Below the pieces are notes generated by a model that made no database searches, was not told the DNA's origin, and saw only the letters and a program-made list of their open reading frames with translations. From assembly GCA_965204375.1 (NCBI GenBank), contig OZ241986.1:2880001-2944000 (forward strand): a DNA stretch of 64,000 nt. Direction: 5' to 3'. Below are positions 9,738-20,045 of this stretch, piece after piece. Numbering within the stretch: the stretch's first letter is position 1; the number at the start of each line of letters is the position of its first letter. The DNA is from Candidatus Latescibacterota bacterium. Lineage in GTDB: Bacteria; Latescibacterota; UBA2968. The translations under genes and the position numbers were made by a program.

Positions 9738-11350
9738 GCTTGTTAAATGTTCAAAATCTGGGCGTGCATTTTCAACTCGAAGACCAGGTCGTCGAAGCTG
9801 TGCGCGGCGTATCGTTTCACATTGAAAAAGGAGAAACCGTCGCGCTGGTAGGTGAATCGGGATCGGGCAAATCCGTCTCGGCGCTTTCTGTAATGCAATT
9901 GCTCCCCTATCCGCGCGCTGTACATCCACACGGTAGCGTACAATTTGACGGAGAGGAAATGCTGGACGCGCCGCAAGAGCGACTGCAACATCTGCGCGGC
10001 GACCGCATTGCGATGATTTTTCAGGAGCCGATGACCTCACTGAATCCGCTGCATACCATTGAGAAACAAATCGGCGAAACCCTGATGTTGCACCGCAAAA
10101 TGACGCGAGAACAAGCGCGAGAACACACGCTAAACTTATTGCAAAAAGTACACTTGCCCGACCCCGAAACGCGCCTTAAATCGTATCCACACCAGCTATC
10201 GGGCGGTCAGCGGCAACGCGTGATGATCGCCATGGCCCTGGCCAATGAGCCGGATTTGCTCATTGCCGATGAGCCTACAACTGCGCTGGATGTGACGATT
10301 CAAGCGCAAATTTTGAAATTGCTCAAAGACCTGCAAGACGAATTTGGCATGGCGATTTTGCTCATCACGCACGACCTGACAATCGTTCTGCATGTAGCGG
10401 ATCGCGTCTATGTAATGACCCAGGGGAAAATTGTAGAAGAAGGAGACACCGCGCGCATCTTCGAGCAACCGCAACACACCTATACACAAAAACTTCTGAA
10501 TGCACAGCCAAAGGGAACAGCAACCGCGCTGAACGGATCGACACCCATCGTAGTCGAGGCAGATAATCTGAAAGTGTGGTTCCCCATTCAGCGGGGATTT
10601 TTGCGGCGAACCATCGGGCATATAAAAGCCGTAGATGGCATCTCATTAACTGTCCGCGCCGGGCATACCGTCGGCGTTGTCGGCGAATCTGGCTCGGGCA
10701 AAACAACACTGGGATTGGCCCTTTTGCGGTTGCTGAGCAGCCAGGGACCGATCCAGTTTAACGGACAGGGCATTCAGGGCCTGCCGAGCAAGACACTGCG
10801 CCCCTTAAGACGAGAGATGCAAATTGTTTTCCAAGACCCCTTTGGATCCTTAAGCCCCCGCCTATCGGTCTTTCACATTATCGCCGAGGGGTTGCGGGTT
10901 CACAACATGGGAGACAGCGATCACAAACGCCGGGACCTCGTAGCAGAAATAATGGATGAAGTAGGGCTTGAACCCGAAATGATGGATCGGTTTCCACACG
11001 AGTTCTCAGGCGGACAAAGGCAGCGCATTGCCATTGCGCGCGCCATGGTATTGCGCCCCCGATTTGTGGTCCTGGACGAACCCACAAGTGCGCTGGACAT
11101 GACCGTGCAGTCGCAAATTATCGACTTGCTCCGGCGCTTGCAAAAAGACCACGATCTGGCTTATTTATTCATCAGCCACGATTTGCGGGTCGTGCGCGCA
11201 CTGGCCAATGAACTCGTCGTCATGAAGGACGGCGTCGTTGTAGAACACGGCGCAACAGAAACCGTATTTGCAAATCCACAAACGGATTATACGCGAGAAT
11301 TGATTACAGCAGCATTTGATATCGATGTTGTCGATGGGGAGGTCCAATGA
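9734..11350 (+). CDS. yejF: Dual-domain ABC ATPase (YejF-like)
   Basis: Two Walker A motifs (GESGSGKS and GESGSGKT), two SGGQRQR signatures; GTG start overlaps the yejE stop. Confidence 0.92.
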   Translation: MSLLNVQNLGVHFQLEDQVVEAVRGVSFHIEKGETVALVGESGSGKSVSALSVMQLLPYPRAVHPHGSVQFDGEEMLDAPQERLQHLRGDRIAMIFQEPMTSLNPLHTIEKQIGETLMLHRKMTREQAREHTLNLLQKVHLPDPETRLKSYPHQLSGGQRQRVMIAMALANEPDLLIADEPTTALDVTIQAQILKLLKDLQDEFGMAILLITHDLTIVLHVADRVYVMTQGKIVEEGDTARIFEQPQHTYTQKLLNAQPKGTATALNGSTPIVVEADNLKVWFPIQRGFLRRTIGHIKAVDGISLTVRAGHTVGVVGESGSGKTTLGLALLRLLSSQGPIQFNGQGIQGLPSKTLRPLRREMQIVFQDPFGSLSPRLSVFHIIAEGLRVHNMGDSDHKRRDLVAEIMDEVGLEPEMMDRFPHEFSGGQRQRIAIARAMVLRPRFVVLDEPTSALDMTVQSQIIDLLRRLQKDHDLAYLFISHDLRVVRALANELVVMKDGVVVEHGATETVFANPQTDYTRELITAAFDIDVVDGEVQ

Positions 11351-12318
11351 ATCAACTCGTCAATCAAAACGGTCAATCTCTTCCACTCACTTCACTAACA
11401 GAGTGGAAAGAAAAGCGCGCGAAAATTCTCGAATCAGCGCAGGAAATCATGGGTTCTTTACCAGGAGACGAAAAGCGATGTCCCTTCGCCGTGGATCTGG
11501 TAGAAGAAGTGGATTGCGGAACTTATATAAGGCGAATGATCACTTACGCCGCAGAATCCGGCGACCGCGCACAGGCGTATTTACTAATCCCTAAACAGGC
11601 TCTGGACGGGCGAGCGTGTCCAGCCGTCTTGTGTCCACACCCGACGCATGCGACATTGGGATACAAAACCGTCGTGGGATTGGGCGACCGCCCCAATCGG
11701 GCTTATGCCAGCGAATTGGCCGAACGCGGCTTTGTCACCATAGCACCATCCTATCCCATGCTGGCGGACTATTGGCCCGATATATTTGGCCTGGGTTATG
11801 AAAGTGGAACCCTGAAGGCGATTTGGGACAATATTCGGGCGATCGATTTGCTGGAAACACTACCGTATGTAAAACGGGGACCTGTCGGGGCAATCGGGCA
11901 CTCACTGGGCGGGCACAATTCCGTTTATACCGCTGTTTTTGAACCGCGCATCGGCGTTGTGGTATCGAGTTGTGGACTGGATTCCTACATAGACTACAAA
12001 GACGGAAATCTCGCTGGATGGACGCAGGATCGGTACATGCCCAAATTGAAAAATTACGTCCATCGGCTGTGGGATATACCCTTTGATTTTCACGATCTAA
12101 TCGCGGCTCTGGCACCCCGACCCTGTTTTATTGCCGCGCCACTGCGCGATAGCAATTTCAAATGGCAAAGCGTAGATGCCGTTGTCAACGCCGCCGCTCG
12201 CGTGTACGCCCTTTACGATGCAACAGAAAATCTGATTGTCGAACACCCCGATTGCGAACACGATTTTCCCAACGCCATGCGCGAACAGGCGTATCAATTA
12301 TTTGAAAAACACCTCTGA
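11347..12318 (+). CDS. Alpha/beta hydrolase (dienelactone hydrolase / acetylxylan esterase-like)
   Basis: GHSLGG nucleophile elbow, C-terminal HDF; ATGA overlap with yejF. Confidence 0.8.
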   Translation: MNQLVNQNGQSLPLTSLTEWKEKRAKILESAQEIMGSLPGDEKRCPFAVDLVEEVDCGTYIRRMITYAAESGDRAQAYLLIPKQALDGRACPAVLCPHPTHATLGYKTVVGLGDRPNRAYASELAERGFVTIAPSYPMLADYWPDIFGLGYESGTLKAIWDNIRAIDLLETLPYVKRGPVGAIGHSLGGHNSVYTAVFEPRIGVVVSSCGLDSYIDYKDGNLAGWTQDRYMPKLKNYVHRLWDIPFDFHDLIAALAPRPCFIAAPLRDSNFKWQSVDAVVNAAARVYALYDATENLIVEHPDCEHDFPNAMREQAYQLFEKHL

Positions 12319-12334
12319 TGACTCGAGAGACCCC

Positions 12335-13600
12335 ATGCAAAGCAAAGTCGCTGTCCTCCGCACATCGCCGCGTACAGTTTTTGAAGACTACCACCACCTG
12401 CTCAATCTGGCGGATTACCAGAATATAATTGCCAAAGAGGTGGAAACCGCGCTCAAGATCAACATTTCATGGCACTTTTTTTTCCCCGGGTGTTCCACAA
12501 CACCGTGGCAACTCGATGGTGTTATCCGCGCCATGAAACGGGATGGCTACGATCCCAACCTCATTCACGGCTGCCACAATCGAACCGTGGTCATCGACGC
12601 GCGTTTGGGCGAAAAAGAAAACAAACACCTCCCCGTCATCGAAGCGCACGGCTTAAAAAATATACATCTCTACGAAGGTGAAGAATGGATCAACGTACGC
12701 GATGCCGTCGGCGACCTCACCTCAAAATTTCTCTGCCTGAACGAAGTCTATCCCAAAGGTTTTCACATTCCCAAACGCTTTATCGATGAAAACATCATCC
12801 ATTTCCCCACCGTCAAAACCCACGTCTTTACCACCACCACAGGCGCCATGAAAAATGCCTTTGGCGGTCTGCTCAACGAACGTCGCCACTGGACGCATCC
12901 CGTCATACACGAAACCCTCGTCGATCTGCTCATGATACAAAAGAACATCCACCGCGGTGTCTTCGCAGTTATGGACGGCACCTTTGCAGGCGATGGTCCC
13001 GGTCCGCGTTGTATGATCCCCCACACCAAAAACGTCATCCTCGCCAGTGCCGACCAGGTCGCCATTGACGCAGTCGCCGCCAAAATGATGGGATTTGACC
13101 CACTTTCAATCAAATACATCCGCATGGCACACGACCTCGGCCTCGGATGCGGAGACCCCTCCCAAATCGAAATTGCGGGTGATGTGGACGCCGCAGAAGA
13201 AAATTGGGACTTTGTCGGCCCGTACAAAAAAATGACCTTTGCCTCTAAAATGCAGCACAAAATCTACTGGGGGGGCCTCAAAAAACCCATCGAATGGTCG
13301 CTCAAAACCATCCTCGCACCCTGGGCTTATATGGCTTCAGTGCTCTACCACGACAGCTTCTGGTATCCTTTCCACGCGAAAAACAAAATGCAAGATGTAC
13401 TAAACAGCGACTGGGGCCGCCTCTTCCGCAACTGGGAACACCTCACCCCCGACGCACAGGGCTTTCCCGATGTGGGCGGCACCTCTACCAAACTCAAAAA
13501 AACGAATCTGCAAGCCTTATGGAATTCGCTCGGCATCTTGCGCGATTGCATTGTCGAAGCCCCTGAGTTCATCCACTCCCGAAAAAAATCAGCACAATAA
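12335..13600 (+). CDS. DUF362 family protein
   Basis: LKIN, PTVKTH..TTTGAMKN.FGG, DGTFAGDGPGP, DQVAIDAVAAKMMGFDP. Confidence 0.8.
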   Translation: MQSKVAVLRTSPRTVFEDYHHLLNLADYQNIIAKEVETALKINISWHFFFPGCSTTPWQLDGVIRAMKRDGYDPNLIHGCHNRTVVIDARLGEKENKHLPVIEAHGLKNIHLYEGEEWINVRDAVGDLTSKFLCLNEVYPKGFHIPKRFIDENIIHFPTVKTHVFTTTTGAMKNAFGGLLNERRHWTHPVIHETLVDLLMIQKNIHRGVFAVMDGTFAGDGPGPRCMIPHTKNVILASADQVAIDAVAAKMMGFDPLSIKYIRMAHDLGLGCGDPSQIEIAGDVDAAEENWDFVGPYKKMTFASKMQHKIYWGGLKKPIEWSLKTILAPWAYMASVLYHDSFWYPFHAKNKMQDVLNSDWGRLFRNWEHLTPDAQGFPDVGGTSTKLKKTNLQALWNSLGILRDCIVEAPEFIHSRKKSAQ

Positions 13601-13604
13601 GAAT

Positions 13605-13639
13605 AATAGGCGAATGATTTTTGCGATCATCCGCCTATT
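13605..13639. terminator. Hairpin between convergent genes
   Basis: AATAGGCGAATGAT...ATCATCCGCCTATT inverted repeat. Confidence 0.55.
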
Positions 13640-13702
13640 CTAAGCAATGGGAAAGCTATTCAAATCTACCACTTGATAAAACAAACACTACAGACAATAT
13701 AG

Positions 13703-14152
13703 CTACAAATAATCGGGAAATTCAACCTCTAAAAATCGTTTTGGAGAGCCTATCAAAATATCTTTATACTTCTCGATATTGAGAAGATCATCGTCTCCAG
13801 AAATAATCCACTGAACCTTTCCTGCAATAGCACAGGCTATCACATTATCATCATCTGGATCTCGTTCTACAATACCACTTACACTTACGGGATCGTAAAG
13901 TTCAACCTGTTTCAATACTTCCTGCATCAACTCTGGCACACTGCTTTCTCGTGCAACCAGAATTGACGAAAATTTATCACGCCCCAACACCTCTCGGAGT
14001 TCTTTGACAAGAACAGGCGAGATAACGGCTTTTATCTTCCCGTTCTCAATCAATTTCAAAAGTTGATTCGGTAAGCCTGTCCAGAGCAGTGCCGAAATCC
14101 AGACACTGGTATCAAGCACCACGTGTATCGCATTTTTCTTTTCGATAAGCAT
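13703..14152 (-). CDS. PIN-domain toxin (VapC-like); start uncertain
   Basis: VVLDTSVWISAL, RDPDDDNVIACA, ISGDDDLL. Confidence 0.85.
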   Translation of the reverse strand: MLIEKKNAIHVVLDTSVWISALLWTGLPNQLLKLIENGKIKAVISPVLVKELREVLGRDKFSSILVARESSVPELMQEVLKQVELYDPVSVSGIVERDPDDDNVIACAIAGKVQWIISGDDDLLNIEKYKDILIGSPKRFLEVEFPDYL

Positions 14153-14360
14153 GAACCTCGTCGGCAATCTCACTTAATGGAGGTTCTACAAGGATTGGTC
14201 CTCTCAGGGCGATTTGGGAGAGTGATGCTGTTTTTTTTTGCTTTACAATCAGCGTATCACCCTCTATAAAAGCTGTCAGGTTTTCGCCATTTTCAATCCA
14301 GCCCTTCATTTCCTCAGGCAAAATCAGCTTATCATCAATGACTTTAACAGCATATTCCAT
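14112..14360 (-). CDS. AbrB/MazE-like antitoxin
   Basis: KLILPEEM...EGDTLIVK swapped-hairpin pattern; upstream of and overlapping the PIN gene. Confidence 0.7.
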   Translation of the reverse strand: MEYAVKVIDDKLILPEEMKGWIENGENLTAFIEGDTLIVKQKKTASLSQIALRGPILVEPPLSEIADEVHAYRKEKCDTRGA

Positions 14361-14485
14361 AGAGATTGTCCTTTAAAAAATACAGAGCATAATATTCTTT
14401 TTCAAAAATATACAACTCTGTCTTGAATGTCAATCTGTGATCCCCGATTGATTTTCCCTATATCACTACTTGTACTCTGACTTCC

Positions 14486-15472
14486 ATGACCAAAATCATT
14501 CACCGCCTGTTCCGCAATAAACTACCGGAACAGAACATCGCAAAAATCGAACCGCTCTCCGAAACTCGGGCGCACGCAGTCTGGAAAGTCACGACTGACC
14601 GCTCGGTATTTGCGGTAAAACACCACATCTTTGCATCGCTCACGCGCGGCAAACCATACCACTTACTCGCCGTTGAACAAAAGGTTACAGACCATCTCCT
14701 CGCCAGCGGCGCCTCGGTCCCCCGCATCATCGCAATCGACCACGATCTGGTCATATACGAATGGTGTGGCAATCACACCCTCGACGACATCTGCCAGACC
14801 GCTGATCCCGGACCATTCGCACACAGCGTCATCAACACCCTTTGTGCCCTTGAAAAAGCGTTTTACAAACACAGCGCCAAATTCATCCCGCACATCGCGC
14901 CCGGATGTAGCGCAGATGACTTGCGAGAACAGTGGCACAACACCACCCAATCACTCACTGAAACGCTTCCCGCACTCGTACGCGACCCCAGTGCCCCAGA
15001 TCTTCTATCGACCTGGGAAACCCTCATAAACGAACTTATCCAAGCACCGCCAGTACTCGGCCCAACCGACTACAACGCCCGCAACATCGCGTGTCCAAAT
15101 CCAGAAACAGCAACAGTTCTCGAACTCGCCAAAATTGGCTATGACTGGCCCGAACGTCGCCTGATACAATACACCACATCACTCGGCGCGCACAATCCCC
15201 GCGGCCGCATCATTGGCCTTCTCACACCATCGCTTGCGCGGCACTACGCCCATTTTGCATCAAAATTGTACTTGACTTCAGCCGAGATCATCCTCCTGCG
15301 CCTCGATGCACATCACCTCATCTATCACCTCTTCGCAGCCCATATATGCCTGACAACGCCCCCCTGGCAAAATATCAAAACCCGCATAGCACAGCATAAA
15401 AGCCAGATAGCCTATCCCCTATCCGACCACCCTCTGATAAACAAATTCCGTGCGTATTTTGAAAAAAAATAA
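14486..15472 (+). CDS. APH/choline-kinase-like phosphotransferase with divergent motifs
   Basis: FAVK, VPRII, YEWCG, GPTDYNARN (Brenner-like), LELAKIGYD. Confidence 0.6.
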   Translation: MTKIIHRLFRNKLPEQNIAKIEPLSETRAHAVWKVTTDRSVFAVKHHIFASLTRGKPYHLLAVEQKVTDHLLASGASVPRIIAIDHDLVIYEWCGNHTLDDICQTADPGPFAHSVINTLCALEKAFYKHSAKFIPHIAPGCSADDLREQWHNTTQSLTETLPALVRDPSAPDLLSTWETLINELIQAPPVLGPTDYNARNIACPNPETATVLELAKIGYDWPERRLIQYTTSLGAHNPRGRIIGLLTPSLARHYAHFASKLYLTSAEIILLRLDAHHLIYHLFAAHICLTTPPWQNIKTRIAQHKSQIAYPLSDHPLINKFRAYFEKK

Positions 15473-15473
15473 A

Positions 15474-15498
15474 GGCGATCCCATTTCCCGGGACCGCC
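15474..15498. terminator. Hairpin between convergent genes
   Basis: GGCGATCCC...GGGACCGCC. Confidence 0.4.
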
Positions 15499-15527
15499 AT
15501 TCCTATCCGCTACAACCTGCCCTGCAC

Positions 15528-18500
15528 CTACGCAATATTTACCACCCGCTCAAAAATCTCTCGCGTCTGTGCCATATCGTTTTGCAAAACATCCTCAAAC
15601 ACCTCAGCCGTATCAAACCCCATCGCCCGGGCCACTGCTGTCAACGCCCGGTCTTCAGTGGGCAAGTGGGTGCGTGCCTGCTCGTCTTGGCGCCTGATCA
15701 CTTTTTCTACAGTACGCAAAAACACATACGCTTGCTGAAGACGTTGTGCGTCTTCAGCCTCCAAAAACCCGCCTTCTACCAATCTTCTCAGTGCCTCAAG
15801 CGTATTGGCACTGCGCAACTCTGGATGATCTTTGGCGAACTTCAACTGCAAAATTTGTGCAATAAACTCAATATCTACAATCCCTCCCGCATCTGTTTTG
15901 ATACTCACCACTTTACGGGATCTTTGCCCATCTTTGCGCTCCATCTTCTTGCGAATATCCAGCATTGTATCCACTTCTTCATCCGAAAACCCGCTATCCA
16001 CAATAAAAGGCTCAAACAAATTCAGCAGCTTTTCTCCCAGAACCGCATCGCCAGCGACAATCCGGCTGCGAGACAGTGCCATGCGCTCCCACGTTGACGC
16101 GCGCGTCTCCAAATAGCGACCATAAGATTCCAAAGACAGTGCCAAAAGTCCGCTTGCCCCCTCGGGACGCAACCGCGGATCCACTGGATAGAGTTTTCCC
16201 TGAGGCGTATTCTGCTCCAGCATCGCGATCATCTGCTGTGCCAGATCGATAAAAAATTGCAAATTCCCCTGCGGCCTCGCGCCATCTGTTTCGCCATCTT
16301 CGCCATATACAAATACGATATCCAGGTCCGAACCAAAGCTCAATTCGCTCCCACCCATCTTGCCCAGCCCCAGCACCACAAACCCGACCTCCTCGCCGCT
16401 GCCATTGCGCGGCACCCCGCGCTTTTCAACCAACCGTGCATAAACCACCTCATAAACCACCTGCACAACCGCATCGGCCAACATCGTCAGCGCCTCAAAT
16501 GTTTCAAACGTATCGGTCAAACCCACGAGATTGCGCGTACCAAAGCGCAGCAACTCGCGATTTTTTACAGCATTTATCCCCCCCGCCAATTCGGGCGTAT
16601 CGCCATACCGCTCAACCTGTGCGCGAAACTGTTCACGCAAAGCGTCCATACCCGGACTGAGATGCAAAACCTCTGCTTCTGGATCCAGATACAAAACCTC
16701 TGGGCGAACCAGCCAATCCAGCAATCCGGGGTTACGCCTTATCACCTGCACCAGAAATTGGCTGCCAACACACAGCGACAACATCAATTGGCGAAACCCC
16801 TGATTGGAAGCCAAAATTCGGAAAAACATATCGCCCGCGCCATAAGCAGACACCAGACTCTCCAGATTGCTCAACCCCTGGTCGGGATCGGCTGAATCCT
16901 GAAGTGCTTGCATCAATGCCGGTGCCAGTTCTGTAAAGCTCTGACGCGCCCGTGTGCCCCGAATCCTCGGCACATGCCCAAAAGCCAGATAAATGAGATT
17001 GCGATGCGCCTCGCCCGGTCGATCAAACCCAATATCTTCTAACAACCCAATAGCCTCTGCATCGCCGATTTCCATATTTACCAGCGCACCTATGGAACGC
17101 CCCTCGCTTTCTCGCGCCTCCGTAAAGACCTGGGCATACACTTCCTGCACAGCCTTCAAATGGGCATTCAGCATTTTGCGATACGCCTCAGCAGATCCCA
17201 TATCCATCGTGCGTGCCAATACGCCCTGTTCATCCTCCCCTTCGGGCAGCGAATAATCACTGCGGTTGTGCATCATCTGCAAACGGTGTTCCAAACGCCT
17301 GAAAAATACATAAGCATCCCTTAGCTGATCGGCCTCCTTACCCGACAGCGCAGATACCCGTTGCAACTGCCGGATAGCCTCGAGCGTGTTATCTGACCGC
17401 GCATTCTCGTGTATGCGCCCCACCAACAATTGCAAACATTGCACTATAAACTCGATATCCCGGATGCCACCCGAGCGCAACTTCAAATGCGTTTCGCGCT
17501 GCCCCTTACTTCCAATCTGATCTTCAATGCGCGCCTTAATGCGGTTGATCTCCATTGCCGGACTGGTATCAAAATAGCGCGGATAGACAAAGGGTTCTAC
17601 CATCTTTAAAAATCGCTGTCCCAGGTGTTCAGACCCGGCACAACAACGGGCTTTAATCAGCATCTGTCGCTCCCACAATTCGCCCCGCCGCATATAATAG
17701 CCCTCATATCCGGCAAGAGGCATCACGAGCGCGCCAGCCGCGCCATCGGGACGCAGGCGCATATCCATGCGATACAAAAATCCCTCTGGCGTCACTTCTG
17801 TTGCCGCACGCACAATTTGCTCACACAATCGGGAGAAAAACTCCTGATTGGTCACAGACCGTTCACCATCCGTATTGCCCTCGGCGCTATAGACAAACAT
17901 CAAATCGATATCCGAACTAAAATTGAGCTCCATACCGCCCAACTTGCCCAACCCAAAAATAGCAAACTCCACGGACTGTCCATCGCCATTTCGCGGCATA
18001 CCATAACGCGCTTGCAGATCGGGCAGCAAGATATCAATCAGCTTTTGCAAACACACATCTGCCAAAATCGACAAATCAGCCGCAACATATTGAATGGCGC
18101 GCCCACCGGCCAGATCGCCCACACCAATACGCAACAACTCGCGTCGCGCACTTCGCCGAACAGCATTGAGTTTGTCTTCGCGCGTATCCACAGCCTCGAC
18201 AGCCCGATCAAAAGACGCCATCAATTGTTCTTTCTCACACGATTGTGCAATGCGATCCGGAGCATCTGACAACCAGTCAAAAATATCGGGGTCGCGTACC
18301 ATCATATCGGCCATAAAAGGACTACCGCCCAAAACGTACAGCAACATGCGACACAAATCGGGATACTCTTTGAGCAGGTGCAAAAACGACACGCGACTGG
18401 CCTGCACGATGCGCACAAAATTATGCAGCGCCATATCGGGGTCGGGCGCATCGATCAACGCCTGAAAAAAATCATTGGAAAGTTGACCATCAGCCTCTAA

Positions 18501-18605
18501 CTCGGACAATTCCTCGAGATTGTGCAACGCGCGTTCAACATCACGAAATCCCGCCTGTGCAAGCGCGTTTTGTGCGTCGGATGTGTCAAAATTAAAAATG
18601 TCCAT
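15528..18605 (-). CDS. glnE: Bifunctional glutamine synthetase adenylyltransferase/deadenylylase
   Basis: Two nucleotidyltransferase domains, GKLGGMELNFSSDIDL and GKMGGSELSFGSDLD; LRPDG/LRPEG; GGIRDIEF. Confidence 0.95.
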   Translation of the reverse strand: MDIFNFDTSDAQNALAQAGFRDVERALHNLEELSELEADGQLSNDFFQALIDAPDPDMALHNFVRIVQASRVSFLHLLKEYPDLCRMLLYVLGGSPFMADMMVRDPDIFDWLSDAPDRIAQSCEKEQLMASFDRAVEAVDTREDKLNAVRRSARRELLRIGVGDLAGGRAIQYVAADLSILADVCLQKLIDILLPDLQARYGMPRNGDGQSVEFAIFGLGKLGGMELNFSSDIDLMFVYSAEGNTDGERSVTNQEFFSRLCEQIVRAATEVTPEGFLYRMDMRLRPDGAAGALVMPLAGYEGYYMRRGELWERQMLIKARCCAGSEHLGQRFLKMVEPFVYPRYFDTSPAMEINRIKARIEDQIGSKGQRETHLKLRSGGIRDIEFIVQCLQLLVGRIHENARSDNTLEAIRQLQRVSALSGKEADQLRDAYVFFRRLEHRLQMMHNRSDYSLPEGEDEQGVLARTMDMGSAEAYRKMLNAHLKAVQEVYAQVFTEARESEGRSIGALVNMEIGDAEAIGLLEDIGFDRPGEAHRNLIYLAFGHVPRIRGTRARQSFTELAPALMQALQDSADPDQGLSNLESLVSAYGAGDMFFRILASNQGFRQLMLSLCVGSQFLVQVIRRNPGLLDWLVRPEVLYLDPEAEVLHLSPGMDALREQFRAQVERYGDTPELAGGINAVKNRELLRFGTRNLVGLTDTFETFEALTMLADAVVQVVYEVVYARLVEKRGVPRNGSGEEVGFVVLGLGKMGGSELSFGSDLDIVFVYGEDGETDGARPQGNLQFFIDLAQQMIAMLEQNTPQGKLYPVDPRLRPEGASGLLALSLESYGRYLETRASTWERMALSRSRIVAGDAVLGEKLLNLFEPFIVDSGFSDEEVDTMLDIRKKMERKDGQRSRKVVSIKTDAGGIVDIEFIAQILQLKFAKDHPELRSANTLEALRRLVEGGFLEAEDAQRLQQAYVFLRTVEKVIRRQDEQARTHLPTEDRALTAVARAMGFDTAEVFEDVLQNDMAQTREIFERVVNIA

Positions 18606-18624
18606 GATGGATATCCAATACGAC

Positions 18625-18680
18625 GGGCGAAAGATCTTTCGCCCCTACAATCATCTGCGTTCATCTGCGTCATCTGCGGA

Positions 18681-18683
<3 letters not shown>
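18625..18683 (-). repeat. Composite repeat: GTAG-type REP palindrome plus (CATCTGCGTT)x3
   Basis: Perfect palindrome GGGCGAAAGATCTTTCGCCC, then CTACA, then three CATCTGCG units; second copy at 42894-42951. Confidence 0.8.
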
Positions 18684-19097
<414 letters not shown>

Positions 19098-19114
19098 TCA
19101 AAAAAGGAAACGCT

Positions 19115-19468
19115 ATGCCTGTTACGAGATTATCGGAAACCACAGCCGAAGAATTTCCCTGGGGCACCCTCAACTGGCTCATGGGCCAGGCCATTGATCC
19201 CGATGCCAAACAGACCTTTGGCATGGCCGTCATTCAACCCGGCCAGCAGAATCCACCGCATTACCATCCCAATTGCGAAGAAATCCTCTACGTCGTCTCC
19301 GGAACATGCGAACACACGTACGGCGACGACAGCTATCAGCTCAAACCGGGCGATAGCATTCGGGTTCCCGCTGGCGTGATCCACCACGCGATCAACAACG
19401 GCGATGAGCCGCTACGCGCAATCATCTCCTTTTCATCGGGCGACCGTCAAACCGTATTTCTCGAATAG
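19115..19468 (+). CDS. Cupin domain protein
   Basis: HYHPNCEEILYVVSG...GDSIRVPAGVIH. Confidence 0.88.
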   Translation: MPVTRLSETTAEEFPWGTLNWLMGQAIDPDAKQTFGMAVIQPGQQNPPHYHPNCEEILYVVSGTCEHTYGDDSYQLKPGDSIRVPAGVIHHAINNGDEPLRAIISFSSGDRQTVFLE

Positions 19469-19475
19469 GCAAACA

Positions 19476-20045
19476 ATGACTATTCGAGCCATCATCTTCG
19501 ACATGGACGGTACACTCACAGAATCGTACATCAACTGGCCGGAGTTGAGATCAAAAATCAATTGCCCACCCGAAAAAACCATCATCGAACACATCGACAA
19601 ATTACCCGCAACACAACGCAAACAGGCCAATGATATCCTTCTCGAAAAAGAATGGGAAGCAGCACAACACGCCGCCATTCGCGCTGGTGCAACAGAACTC
19701 ATCGACGCATTACGAGCGCGCAACTACAAAATCGGCCTGGTCACCAACAACCACGGCGCCGCCATGCACCGTGTGATCAACCGACTCAATCGCGCCTTTG
19801 ATGTCGCCTTCAGCCGCGACGACGGTCCCATAAAGCCCAGCCCCTACCTCATCCACAAAACGCTCCAGGCCCTCGACATTCCCCCAAACGAAGCCATAAG
19901 CATAGGCGACAGCCGCTACGACCTCATGGCCAGCGCCGCCGCCCGCGTGCGCTGTATTCACTTCACCGGTGGCGCGTCCGACTTCGCGCACGATCTTCAA
20001 GTCGCATCACTATATGCGATCATACCGATCCTGGACCGGCTTTAA
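19476..20045 (+). CDS. HAD family hydrolase
   Basis: FDMDGTL, VTNN, KPSP, IGDSRYD. Confidence 0.88.
   Translation: MTIRAIIFDMDGTLTESYINWPELRSKINCPPEKTIIEHIDKLPATQRKQANDILLEKEWEAAQHAAIRAGATELIDALRARNYKIGLVTNNHGAAMHRVINRLNRAFDVAFSRDDGPIKPSPYLIHKTLQALDIPPNEAISIGDSRYDLMASAAARVRCIHFTGGASDFAHDLQVASLYAIIPILDRL

Noticed and set aside
13703-14360. PIN/AbrB pair as a novel system
   Set aside because: It is an ordinary VapBC-like type II TA module.
15450-18465. Long plus-strand ORFs antisense to glnE (similar ones oppose the aminotransferase, purF, aroE and the aldolase)
   Set aside because: These are shadow ORFs with no recognisable motifs, lying opposite well-supported genes.
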